Shown piece after piece: positions 29,101 to 37,260 of a stretch of DNA of 64,000 nt. The notes beneath the pieces are model-generated. The model was not told the origin of the DNA, searched no databases, and worked only from the letters and a program-made list of their open reading frames with translations. The stretch covers positions 38,693 to 102,692 of the forward strand of contig CAZVRB010000001.1 in assembly GCA_964629365.1 (NCBI GenBank). The letters run 5' to 3'. The position numbers were made by a program, and so were the translations under genes. The stretch is from an uncultured Leptospiraceae bacterium. GTDB lineage: Bacteria > Spirochaetota > UBA4802 > UB4802. Each line of letters begins with the position of its first letter. Position 1 is the first letter of the stretch.

Positions 29101-31434
29101 TTGAATCTCAATTTTCTTTTTCTCATTATCCGCGTAAAAATTCTGATCAGGGTTTATCTTGATATAATATTCCCCCCGGCCAACCTTTACCGAGTTGCTC
29201 GAAGTGATGCTGATATTAGACTTGTCCATCACGGTTGCCTCGAGGGTGATCTTACGATCATAGGGGTAGTTACCACTGTCAAAGCGCAATACGGCCACCC
29301 CTTCATCGTTTAGATATTTCTCACCTTCAAGGCGTATACGGTTGTATGATTCACGTGAAGGATAATCCTCTTCCCACCAGTAGGTGGTATCGGTATCACG
29401 CATCCTGGTTTCATAAAAGCGATACCGCACCAGCCCGTTTTTCAGCGGGGCACCAAAAAAGTATTTCGTCTCAACCTTAAATTCAACGGTATCACCGTTG
29501 GTGAAGTAGGGTTTTGAAGGGGTGATGTCTATTTTAAATTCCGGTTTTCGGTATTGTTCCATGTAGTAACGCCCGGCGGCATACAGGTTTTCCTTCGTGG
29601 GACCAACCCGTATATCATATTCACCAAGCCGTGCATCTGCTGCCATGACGATCTTACCATGCCAGGTTCCCCACTGGTCAAGGGTGATCTGGCCCTCTTC
29701 CACCGTACTGTTAAAATCCCTGTTGATTATCCTGTAATGCAGCTTCTGCCCGTTGAGCGGCATAAATCTACGCTTTCTTTCCTTGCCAACCACCTTGTAA
29801 AACACCGTGTCACCCGCCCTGTATACCGGCCTGTCAGTATAGATGAAGTACTTGTTCTTCTCACGGTCGAAGGCTGATGGCGATCCGGTGCTGCACAGGG
29901 CGTAGCTGCCGTCTTCTCCTATAACCAGCACAGTATAATGTTTCCTGGATTTCATCCTGTAGGTAAATACACCGTTGCTGTCAGTCTGCCCTTTTTTTAA
30001 TATCTTTACAGGCAGGTCTTCTATCCGTTTGGGGGGCTTGTAGGGATGTGTAGAATACCTGTACTGTTTCTTCTCGGGTGTTGAGTCAAATACCACCACC
30101 GATGCACCCTTGATGGGTTTGTTTTCTGCAAGATGGGTCACATAGGTAAACATGGAATATTGCGATCGCTTTGCCACCACCCCCACCGATGTAACAGAGA
30201 AGAACTTACGGCTGATCATTTTACCTGCACCCTCAACTTCAATGCAATAGCCCCCGGTTGGAAGCTGGTCTTTCAATTCCAGTGACTGGTAGCGCCATTC
30301 GTAGGGTTTGAAATTGTGAATAGGTTCACTCCATTCTGTGAACACCTTGAATTTCTCTTTTGCCGGATTGATGGTATCCGGATCAACGTGCCCCTGCAAA
30401 AATGTATTCAGCGGCACCTGGTATACCCGCACTTTTACCGATTCAAGGCGAAAGGTGCGCAGGTTGAATGAAAGTTTATTACCCGGCACAAAGGTATACC
30501 TGTATGAGTAGACGCTTAATGCAGGATCTTTCGGGGTCACATCGTAATCAAAATCTTTCTTTCTCTCACCTTCTGTTATCTTGAAGGAAGAGGTTTCCAT
30601 TGTATCAAATCCCCGGTGATGAATTCGCAGCTTGTAATTACCTGGTTTCAGGTCTTCAAGTACATAAGTTCCATCATGGAAAGTACTGGCCGAGTAGGTT
30701 ACCCTGCCAACCGCCTGAACGTCCACGTTTATGGCAGGGGCGTTTAGTCCCTTGATGCTGATTGTACCGGATATGGAAGCCGGTTCATATACTACCATGG
30801 GAAGGGTGAAGGTTTCACCATTCTTAATATACTTGATGCGGGCAGTTTCGGTAATATATCCCGGTTTACTGAAGGTTGCCATGTATCTGCCCGCGGGAAG
30901 CTTGTTAAAGCTGTAACTGCCATCATCACCTGTTGACTGTATGAAAGGCTTGTTACCCTGTCCATAACCGGAAGACGTCTGCTGCAGTTTTACCTGCACC
31001 CCTTGTACCGGTTTACCGTCACCTCCCCGCACTACACCCGTGAGAATGCCTTCTCTCTGTAAGTATATAGTTCTCTTTCCGGCTTCCACTTTTTCGGTAG
31101 TCTTATATGTGACGTATCCGTCTGCTACAACTTCAATTATATATCGTACCTGCGGTATAAAGTTTTCAATTTTGAAATACCCACCGTTATCTGTTTTTTC
31201 AAGGTAGTAGCCCACTCCCATCTGTGCGTTCTTCAGCTCCACCGTGGCCCCTGCAACTGCATCTTTGTTCTGTGCATCCAGAACCCGTCCTTTCACCACA
31301 TATTCTTTTTGCAGTTTTTTATCGTCAGGACCGGTATACACAACTGTTCCGTCCTCCATGTGCTTTTTCCCGGTGGTAGTACACCCCGTAATCACCAGCA
31401 GCATGAGAGCTATACACACAATAACCTTCTTCAT
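26074..31434 (-). CDS. Bacterial alpha-2-macroglobulin family lipoprotein with intact thioester motif
   Basis: 1786 aa. Lipoprotein signal (LLVITGC). Multiple MG/CarbopepD_reg-like domains. Thioester GCIEQ (QYPYGCIEQTINRF). Helical TED-like region and C-terminal receptor-binding-like domain. Confidence 0.85.
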   Translation of the reverse strand: MKKVIVCIALMLLVITGCTTTGKKHMEDGTVVYTGPDDKKLQKEYVVKGRVLDAQNKDAVAGATVELKNAQMGVGYYLEKTDNGGYFKIENFIPQVRYIIEVVADGYVTYKTTEKVEAGKRTIYLQREGILTGVVRGGDGKPVQGVQVKLQQTSSGYGQGNKPFIQSTGDDGSYSFNKLPAGRYMATFSKPGYITETARIKYIKNGETFTLPMVVYEPASISGTISIKGLNAPAINVDVQAVGRVTYSASTFHDGTYVLEDLKPGNYKLRIHHRGFDTMETSSFKITEGERKKDFDYDVTPKDPALSVYSYRYTFVPGNKLSFNLRTFRLESVKVRVYQVPLNTFLQGHVDPDTINPAKEKFKVFTEWSEPIHNFKPYEWRYQSLELKDQLPTGGYCIEVEGAGKMISRKFFSVTSVGVVAKRSQYSMFTYVTHLAENKPIKGASVVVFDSTPEKKQYRYSTHPYKPPKRIEDLPVKILKKGQTDSNGVFTYRMKSRKHYTVLVIGEDGSYALCSTGSPSAFDREKNKYFIYTDRPVYRAGDTVFYKVVGKERKRRFMPLNGQKLHYRIINRDFNSTVEEGQITLDQWGTWHGKIVMAADARLGEYDIRVGPTKENLYAAGRYYMEQYRKPEFKIDITPSKPYFTNGDTVEFKVETKYFFGAPLKNGLVRYRFYETRMRDTDTTYWWEEDYPSRESYNRIRLEGEKYLNDEGVAVLRFDSGNYPYDRKITLEATVMDKSNISITSSNSVKVGRGEYYIKINPDQNFYADNEKKKIEIQTLSHTGDPMRAGVNLDLYRYVWKPLQRVYVHEKRPLFSKKITTDKKGRATVELPKKFSYYGEFDLVAESTDRYNNKINANRIIWIYSRQGGEIKSKLKNLELTVDKTSLKEPGKITCLVKSRFTDSYVCLTLEGRDVYHSKVVQMKGNITPVTFDVKPAYAPNFYLTATMQRKRALYTSRVDIELPVAETGLSIEMKNDKKVYKPGEKATVHIKVTDKKGNPLEADLSLAAVDEAIYQIRPDHTPKMQNFFYTKISNWVLTSYSYPIHILAGAAKEGKVKIREKFEDTAFWKGKIRTDAAGKASVTFTLPDNLTVWRLTARGHDREGRVGEDKSEFQVTQDLIARIGRPRFAVEGDTMGIIGIVNSNTKRGLKEVTTTMKINGKKAVADNPVKISLPGFGSSREYYTTIIPDDTQKLTMEYTAIADASASDALRLHVPVERRGVRYKLYGTGDMANNSKIVIQPLKDSTDFDFVPESVTIQVNPSPVIQMLRATEFLMQYPYGCIEQTINRFLPAMAVYRLAQGQGYGALLSEKSTKELHAKVDSGISRLQQLQNSDGSWGWWYGDRGNGFVTGYVLSGFMLAQKNGYAISKNAIDKGVSAVARMLKYRQVSHDAMAYLLYVYALHGKWDQKAYEYCTDKLAMNPYQLAYIVRALVKADGIKKLKNERKQDLKKDLKEFLAALKEKQELDGRGIYWPSVGTQQWGWPGGRAEITAHVLSALVETGDTTSLVSRAVRSLTKRGKGGAWNSTKETATVIFALGDYIDSIGAAPKTSGKVAFTLDGKHLTEFTYDLSGEIDMKNFTRTLPLEGGRTVPEFTVEAAGDAGRDLSYEVVINGTLKFKDAGVLSLFKSEKRSVNALSNGIQIARSFSYVTRVKDIHHNEYLVPQNIDDKRELKIGDELLVKVRFVASDDFEYLVLEDYLPAGFEVVDKNAYDGYQPYVNAERWDNRMVFFFNSLQKGKYYEIAYIIRAELPGTFSVKPSRMECMYEPTIQGWAPPGSIEIDRKE

Positions 31435-31465
31435 TTGTTTACTCCTTCATATGTTTGGTGGCGCG

Positions 31466-32095
31466 TTACGGTTCTGCCCTGAGGGTAACACACCTGAACG
31501 CGAACAGCTGCACAACATCGTATGGCGAAAGTATCTTTTTCAAATACTCTATGCTTTTAATTTCGGAGGGGACAATGACAAGAATGCTGCCATCCCCGCA
31601 ATGAGCCTTTATACCAAAACGGCTTATATCAAGAGTTTCAAGTGAAGCAACCGGGTACAGACCTGATGCCACTGTCAGTATAATACTGCTTTTCTCAAAC
31701 TCATGGGCCTCCAGCGGCCTGTGCCGATTGTCCCGTGTCAATGCCCCTTTTAAATAATCACCCAGAACACTTTCAGCGTTACCAGTTGCATGATGAAAGG
31801 CGCCGTAACAGCCCCTAACCCTGCCATTATATACCAGTGTAATAAAAAGCCCGAACCTGCCATAAAAATCAGGAAGTGTGCACAAAAAATGTACATTACC
31901 ATCTTGACCCTGCAGGTGTCCGGCACCCTTTTGCCTGAGCCAGTGAAACAAACATTTCTCTTCTGTTGACCCCCTGATTATACTCCAGCTTTCCAGGTCG
32001 TCACCTGGCTGCGACATCACCGGGAGGCATACAATAACAATTGTCACCACCATTAGGGTAACAACAATCAATACCTGTGCTACGGTTCGTATCAT
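31466..32095 (-). CDS. Membrane-anchored AMMECR1-like domain protein (tentative)
   Basis: 209 aa. N-terminal TM helix. GLFITLVYNGRVRGCYGAF resembles the AMMECR1 LRGCIG core motif. Confidence 0.35.
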   Translation of the reverse strand: MIRTVAQVLIVVTLMVVTIVIVCLPVMSQPGDDLESWSIIRGSTEEKCLFHWLRQKGAGHLQGQDGNVHFLCTLPDFYGRFGLFITLVYNGRVRGCYGAFHHATGNAESVLGDYLKGALTRDNRHRPLEAHEFEKSSIILTVASGLYPVASLETLDISRFGIKAHCGDGSILVIVPSEIKSIEYLKKILSPYDVVQLFAFRCVTLRAEP

Positions 32096-32814
32096 CGCAA
32101 TCGAACCGGCGGATAGTAATCCTTGTACATGAGAAAGGACTCAATAACTTTACCGTTTTTCATCTTGTTTCTATACACATATACCGACATGCCGGGGCGT
32201 ATCCCGTCATCTGAATCAAGAGGAAGGGGCACATCCTCTTCTTCTGTCACCAGCTCGTATGTATGTTTCAGGGGTTGGGCAGCCCGTATAGTAATTGCAA
32301 GGCTGCTGTTATTCATCACTGCGCTGATATATAGTGGCTGGTCATGGGGATTCCTGATGCGCAGATCCTTCTTCCCGTACTTGATTGTGGCATCCAGGCC
32401 CAGGGGTACATAGGTGACCGGCTGATAATGCCTGTGACGCTCCACGATGGCACACCCTGCCATAAGCATGGCATTAAAAAGTGTTGATGAGACCTGGCAT
32501 AATCCTCCACCCGGCTCAAGGACAACCTCGTCCCTGTATAATACGTTCCCATTGGCGAACCCGTTGGCCGCAGAGCCTTCGCCAACAATTCCATTAAACG
32601 AGAGCACCGATCCCGCTTGCAGCACAAAGCCCTCAAGCCTGTCACAGGCTATTGCAATATTTTTTTTCACTTCCGGGGTCTGGTCTTTCACTGACGTGGA
32701 GAAGTTTGCCACTACCTGCAATCCAGGCATGGTATACCCTGGCAGGCAAAGACATCCGGCCAGGATAATTGATGGAATTATTCTTCTTTTCTTCATTATA
32801 TATACCATGCGCAA
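32092..32814 (-). CDS. VanW-like protein
   Basis: 240 aa with signal peptide and a VanW-family core (LEPGGGLCQVSSTLFNA). Stop overlaps the downstream gene by 4 nt. Confidence 0.65.
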   Translation of the reverse strand: MRMVYIMKKRRIIPSIILAGCLCLPGYTMPGLQVVANFSTSVKDQTPEVKKNIAIACDRLEGFVLQAGSVLSFNGIVGEGSAANGFANGNVLYRDEVVLEPGGGLCQVSSTLFNAMLMAGCAIVERHRHYQPVTYVPLGLDATIKYGKKDLRIRNPHDQPLYISAVMNNSSLAITIRAAQPLKHTYELVTEEEDVPLPLDSDDGIRPGMSVYVYRNKMKNGKVIESFLMYKDYYPPVRLR

Positions 32815-32927
32815 GATATCATTAGTATAACACCGGCTTTATAATGGGCAATACTGTACGCATACGCCGGAAGTTGGTCAAATACTATTTACCGTTAATT
32901 TGTTGACCCCTCTATATTCAAGGTGTA

Positions 32928-33554
32928 TTGTCGCCTGATCACAAGAATCTATCGGGGCTTACAATGAAAAAATGGGACATACAGGAACGCAAAGAACTCT
33001 TTAACAGGCGGATTTTCTCCATCGACGACCTGCGTTGCTATCATCCTGAAAAAGATGTAACACATGATTTCTATGTTCTGAACAATCCTGACTGGATCAA
33101 TATCGTAGTTCTTACCCACGATGAAAGGCTGGTTCTAGTAAAACAGCATCGGCTGGGTACCGATGAGATAACTATAGAAACCGTAGCGGGGCTGATGGAT
33201 GATGGAGAACTGCCTGAAATATCCGCGCAAAGGGAATTACTTGAAGAAACAGGTTACCATGCAGGCGAAATGATCCTTATGAAAAAGCTTTCTGCCAACC
33301 CCGCCATTATGTCTAACCACATATACTTCTACCTCGCACTGAATTCAAAGAAAATCGCTGATCAGTCCCTTGACATTGCCGAGGATATCGATGTTATTAC
33401 CGTTTCTCAACATGAAGCACTTGAAATGGTATCAGAGGGCACCATCAACCATACTATCATCGTTACGGCATTAAGTCTTTTCTTTCTGTCTCCGTATTCA
33501 CATATACAATCAGATAAACTACGGGAGCTATTTTCATGCTCACACAGCGGTTAA
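32928..33554 (+). CDS. NUDIX hydrolase (ADP-ribose pyrophosphatase-like)
   Basis: Nudix box GLMDDGELPEISAQRELLEETGY. Real start may be the ATG at 32964 (MKKWDIQ). Confidence 0.8.
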   Translation: MSPDHKNLSGLTMKKWDIQERKELFNRRIFSIDDLRCYHPEKDVTHDFYVLNNPDWINIVVLTHDERLVLVKQHRLGTDEITIETVAGLMDDGELPEISAQRELLEETGYHAGEMILMKKLSANPAIMSNHIYFYLALNSKKIADQSLDIAEDIDVITVSQHEALEMVSEGTINHTIIVTALSLFFLSPYSHIQSDKLRELFSCSHSG

Positions 33555-33982
33555 CCAGGTACCTTTTCTGCATCATCATTCTTCTGCTTACAGATATCCT
33601 CTCTGCTGCCGACTACAGGTGCATTATTTCTTATCATCCCCTGCCATTTTATTACAGCCAGTGGTCAATCGAGGTATACAGGGAAAATGAGAACTATTAT
33701 ATCGCTTCCAGCAATATTCCTGATCTTAAGCGAAAGGCATCCCTCTCCCGTGAAGCATACATTGATTTCATTATGAATATGAATAAAAAAGGAATATGGC
33801 GCCTCAACGACTATTATCAACCCGGTTCAAAGAACCCGTATTACCTTGTTTCAGTCACTGATAAAGAATTCTCCAATACCTTCAAAATCGAGGATAATGC
33901 TTCATATCCCGGGTCGAAATATCATTACAAAGAAATAGTGCGTATATTTAAAAATTATGCTGACATCTATCTGGAAAAATAA
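33536..33982 (+). CDS. Hypothetical secreted protein
   Basis: 148 aa with N-terminal hydrophobic signal-like segment. Tyr/Asn-rich. No recognised family. Confidence 0.4.
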   Translation: MLTQRLTRYLFCIIILLLTDILSAADYRCIISYHPLPFYYSQWSIEVYRENENYYIASSNIPDLKRKASLSREAYIDFIMNMNKKGIWRLNDYYQPGSKNPYYLVSVTDKEFSNTFKIEDNASYPGSKYHYKEIVRIFKNYADIYLEK

Positions 33983-34121
33983 TCTCTATTGTGTAGAAGT
34001 ACAGAAAAATCGAATTGACAAAACGCTGCCTTGTTTAGTAATATAAGCGAAATACCAATGTGTGCATTTCTGTTCCCACACAGAATCCGCAATAAAATTA
34101 AATAAACCCCGGAGGTTATAT

Positions 34122-35189
34122 ATGTTAAAGAGAATTTTTATTCTTTCTCTTTGTTGTTTCATTGCATTGGCTTTTTCCACCGTATCATTTTCACAGGAAG
34201 AGCCCGCAGAAACAGAAGAAACGATGGAGGACGCAGCCGTAACTCCTGATACAGAAAGTCCAGAATCAGAAGAGCTCACAAAAGAAGAAGTTATTGCAAC
34301 CGATGCTGAAAAAGCAGCCTCGCATTTTGATGGACTAAATCATTATGTTAATTCCAAGGTCATGTTTGAACTTTCTGTAAAGGACAATCTTCTTGCTGAC
34401 AAGGTTATGTATAAGATTAATGGTGATGAAGAGATGGTCTATGAATCTCCCTTCCGACTTACAGAAGAAGGTAAGCATAACATCAGCTATTATGGTGTCG
34501 ACCGGGTTGGTAACAAGGAAGACATGAAATACTTCAAGGTTGTGGTTGATAACACCGCACCGGAAGTATCAGTCACCGCATCACAGCCTGTTGTGAAATC
34601 AGGCGAAAAGTATTACGCATCACAGGCGTTTTCTTTTTCCGTTGACGCCAAGGATAATGCTGCAGGTGTAAAGCAGGTTGAATATTCATTTGATGGAAAC
34701 ACCTACAACGAGTATGTGGCTCCATTCGCATTTGACTCAACCGGCGATTCATCATTAAAGTTAAAAGCTAAGGATAACGTACTCAATACTACAGAAAAAT
34801 ATTCACTTAAAGTATTGGATGAAAACGGTAACCTGCAGGAACTGGAAGGCGATTCGGTAGCCATTTATGTTGACAATACCGCACCAGTTGTTGAAATCAA
34901 GGCTGATAAAGAATTCATCGACAAAGACGGCAAGAAAGTTGCTTCCGTAGATTACACATATGAAGTAACTGCAAATGACACCGAATCAGGTGTTGCCGAT
35001 CTTTTAGTCAGGCTTGATGGAAAGGGTAACTTTGTAAAATACACAGCTCCGATACAGTTTTCCAAAAACGGTGAACACCTGATCGAAGCCAAGTCTGTTG
35101 ACAAGGTTGGAAACACATCAGCTGTTAAACTTCTTTCAGTGTATGTTGATGTTATTCCTCCTGAAACTATGATCAGGACAGTTGATTAA
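34122..35189 (+). CDS. Secreted protein with tandem Ig-like (VDNTAP-type) repeat domains
   Basis: Start set at ATG 34122, preceded by a GGAGG RBS. Signal peptide. Acidic linker. Two repeats beginning VVVDNTAPEVSV and YVDNTAPVVEI, typical of bacterial Ig-like surface domains. Confidence 0.6.
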   Translation: MLKRIFILSLCCFIALAFSTVSFSQEEPAETEETMEDAAVTPDTESPESEELTKEEVIATDAEKAASHFDGLNHYVNSKVMFELSVKDNLLADKVMYKINGDEEMVYESPFRLTEEGKHNISYYGVDRVGNKEDMKYFKVVVDNTAPEVSVTASQPVVKSGEKYYASQAFSFSVDAKDNAAGVKQVEYSFDGNTYNEYVAPFAFDSTGDSSLKLKAKDNVLNTTEKYSLKVLDENGNLQELEGDSVAIYVDNTAPVVEIKADKEFIDKDGKKVASVDYTYEVTANDTESGVADLLVRLDGKGNFVKYTAPIQFSKNGEHLIEAKSVDKVGNTSAVKLLSVYVDVIPPETMIRTVD

Positions 35190-35215
35190 ACCGGTTTTTA
35201 AAAAATAAATATTTC

Positions 35216-35252
35216 ATATGGTGAGCGTATTTACGCTCACCATATTTATTAT
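35216..35252 (+). terminator. Rho-independent terminator (14-bp perfect stem ATATGGTGAGCGTA/TACGCTCACCATAT, 3-nt loop, T-rich tail)
   Basis: Read directly, 27 nt downstream of the Ig-like repeat gene stop. Confidence 0.7.
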
Positions 35253-35275
35253 CACAGGTACCACAGGAGCAGTTC

Positions 35276-35593
35276 ATGAATATACAACTGAGGGAAAAGA
35301 AAAAAAGTCTAATCTTTGACATTAATGAAGATATTAACAGGGAAAACGCTGAAGAACTCGAAGCATTCATCAATAACAATATCTCAACAGAAAAGGATGT
35401 AGTAATCAACCTGGAAAAAGTTACCTACATAAACAGCTTTACCCTTGGCACATTTATTAAGATACAAAATGATCTTAAAGAAAAAGAAACCTCTCTTTAT
35501 TTTCTTCATGTTAATCCATCAATAAAAGCTCTTTTCAAAGTTTCAGGAGTTCTGCAGTATTTTTCACTTATCAATGATGAAAAAGATATATAG
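35276..35593 (+). CDS. STAS domain protein (anti-sigma factor antagonist, SpoIIAA-like)
   Basis: 105 aa with a STAS fold pattern (INLEKVTYINSFTLGTFIKI...). It lacks an obvious partner kinase here. Confidence 0.7.
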   Translation: MNIQLREKKKSLIFDINEDINRENAEELEAFINNNISTEKDVVINLEKVTYINSFTLGTFIKIQNDLKEKETSLYFLHVNPSIKALFKVSGVLQYFSLINDEKDI

Positions 35594-35596
35594 TAG

Positions 35597-36145
35597 TTAA
35601 AAAAGGATGTTCGAATCTTTCTTCTCACGCTCATATAAATATTTTTCATAATAGATGCGTGCCTTGATACTTCTACCTGTTTCATCATATGCCACACCAA
35701 TATTATACAAAGCCTCAACCATTGAAGGGTCCAATGTTATCGCATTCTTGAAAGCCTTAACTGCAGCATTGTATCTTTTATCGAAAAGGTATGCCATGCC
35801 GAGATAAAAAAAGGAAGGAGCGAAACGCCTGTCAAAATCTGCTGCTTTTTGCAGATGGTTAACAGCTTCATTGATATGGCCCGCGTAGAGATAGGCTTTA
35901 CCAAGCCCGTAATGTGCCAGCGAGTAATGGGAATTTCTTTTCAACGATTTTTTAAAAAGCCTGATTGCCTCTTCCAGGTTCCCTTCCACCGCCTCACTGG
36001 CGCCCTTATTGTAATACCAGGACGCATTCTTATTTTCACCCCCACCGGAAGTAACGATAGCAAACAGAATGCAAAAAACACAAAGCAGGGGAAATATTTT
36101 ACGCATCTGGAAGCATTTTTTTAAGGTTTTCGAAAAGAAACTCAT
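35597..36145 (-). CDS. Tetratricopeptide (TPR) repeat protein with signal peptide
   Basis: 182 aa. TPR consensus residues (AxxYxxLGxAYxxxGxxxEA) repeated about 4 times. Confidence 0.7.
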   Translation of the reverse strand: MSFFSKTLKKCFQMRKIFPLLCVFCILFAIVTSGGGENKNASWYYNKGASEAVEGNLEEAIRLFKKSLKRNSHYSLAHYGLGKAYLYAGHINEAVNHLQKAADFDRRFAPSFFYLGMAYLFDKRYNAAVKAFKNAITLDPSMVEALYNIGVAYDETGRSIKARIYYEKYLYEREKKDSNILF

Positions 36146-36539
36146 CTATACCCTTCTGGTAAAATACATACACGACGAATACTATCCATAAGACCAGGGT
36201 CAGGATACACATAAATTTCAAAAGCTTTTCAGCACCAAGATCACTTGACTTGTAAAAAATAACAATAAGCACAAGGGGCCAGAGAAAAAACAGGTTCATG
36301 AAGATGAGAGTTATTAATTCCTTCAAAAATCTCATCGTTACATCAAAATACGCCCCGGTAAATAACTCATAACCGGTCATTATTTCCTTGTAAAAAAACC
36401 ATACATAAAATGCATATATAACCGTAGCGATAATTTTCCAAAATATCTCTATTCGGGGCCTGAACCACAAGAACAGTATAGTGAACCCCCAGATAGAGAT
36501 AAATAAAAAAATTGATGTTTCCAGAAGTGTTTTCTCCAT
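36099..36539 (-). CDS. Hypothetical integral membrane protein
   Basis: 146 aa with four hydrophobic helices. No family recognised. Confidence 0.45.
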   Translation of the reverse strand: MEKTLLETSIFLFISIWGFTILFLWFRPRIEIFWKIIATVIYAFYVWFFYKEIMTGYELFTGAYFDVTMRFLKELITLIFMNLFFLWPLVLIVIFYKSSDLGAEKLLKFMCILTLVLWIVFVVYVFYQKGIDEFLFENLKKMLPDA

Positions 36540-36804
36540 AATTCAACTCAACATAACTAAAATATTCACACCATTTATTCTATTACAATTTATTACTGTG
36601 ATAAGCATAAAAAATCAATCCATTTTCTTTATAATTACTGGCCCTGACTTTCCTACATTTACATATCGTCATTATTTAGTTACCAAATGACTCCTATTTT
36701 CTGTTGACATTGGTATTAAATCTATTCAAATATAATCAGCATTCTTTTTTGCATTTATATCTTACTTGTTATTGTTTGAACATAATTAACATAAAACGGA
36801 AAAA

Positions 36805-37233
36805 ATGAAAATACAGATACTTGGAATCATGATCCTGATTTGCAGCCTGGCTGCATGCTCAACAGCTGGAAAAAAAGTCTACAACCAACCTACATCCGGG
36901 ATACTTTTCGTTGTTCCCCATGGCCTCGAACAATACAGGGAAACAATAATTAAAAAATGTCAAATGCCCCTGAAAGAAAAAGCAGTGAAAGCCCATCAAG
37001 AAATCAAAATTGTAATTTATTCATATTCTTCCGGTATTGAAAGATTCAGCATCAACAAGGAATCATCACATGGCGGTATTCAACAAACAAGGGAGAAGGG
37101 ATATCTTTCAGTTCTTGTAATAATAAAACCGGCGAACGAGGCAAAATACATTCATTTCATAAACATCCAGGGGGATAACATGAATGATCTTGCCCTAAAG
37201 TTATCAAAACGTCTATGTACACTAATAGAGTAA
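36805..37233 (+). CDS. Hypothetical lipoprotein
   Basis: 142 aa with a lipobox-like LAACS signal. Confidence 0.45.
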   Translation: MKIQILGIMILICSLAACSTAGKKVYNQPTSGILFVVPHGLEQYRETIIKKCQMPLKEKAVKAHQEIKIVIYSYSSGIERFSINKESSHGGIQQTREKGYLSVLVIIKPANEAKYIHFINIQGDNMNDLALKLSKRLCTLIE

Positions 37234-37260
37234 AAGAATTTAATTAGACAAGTAAAATGT

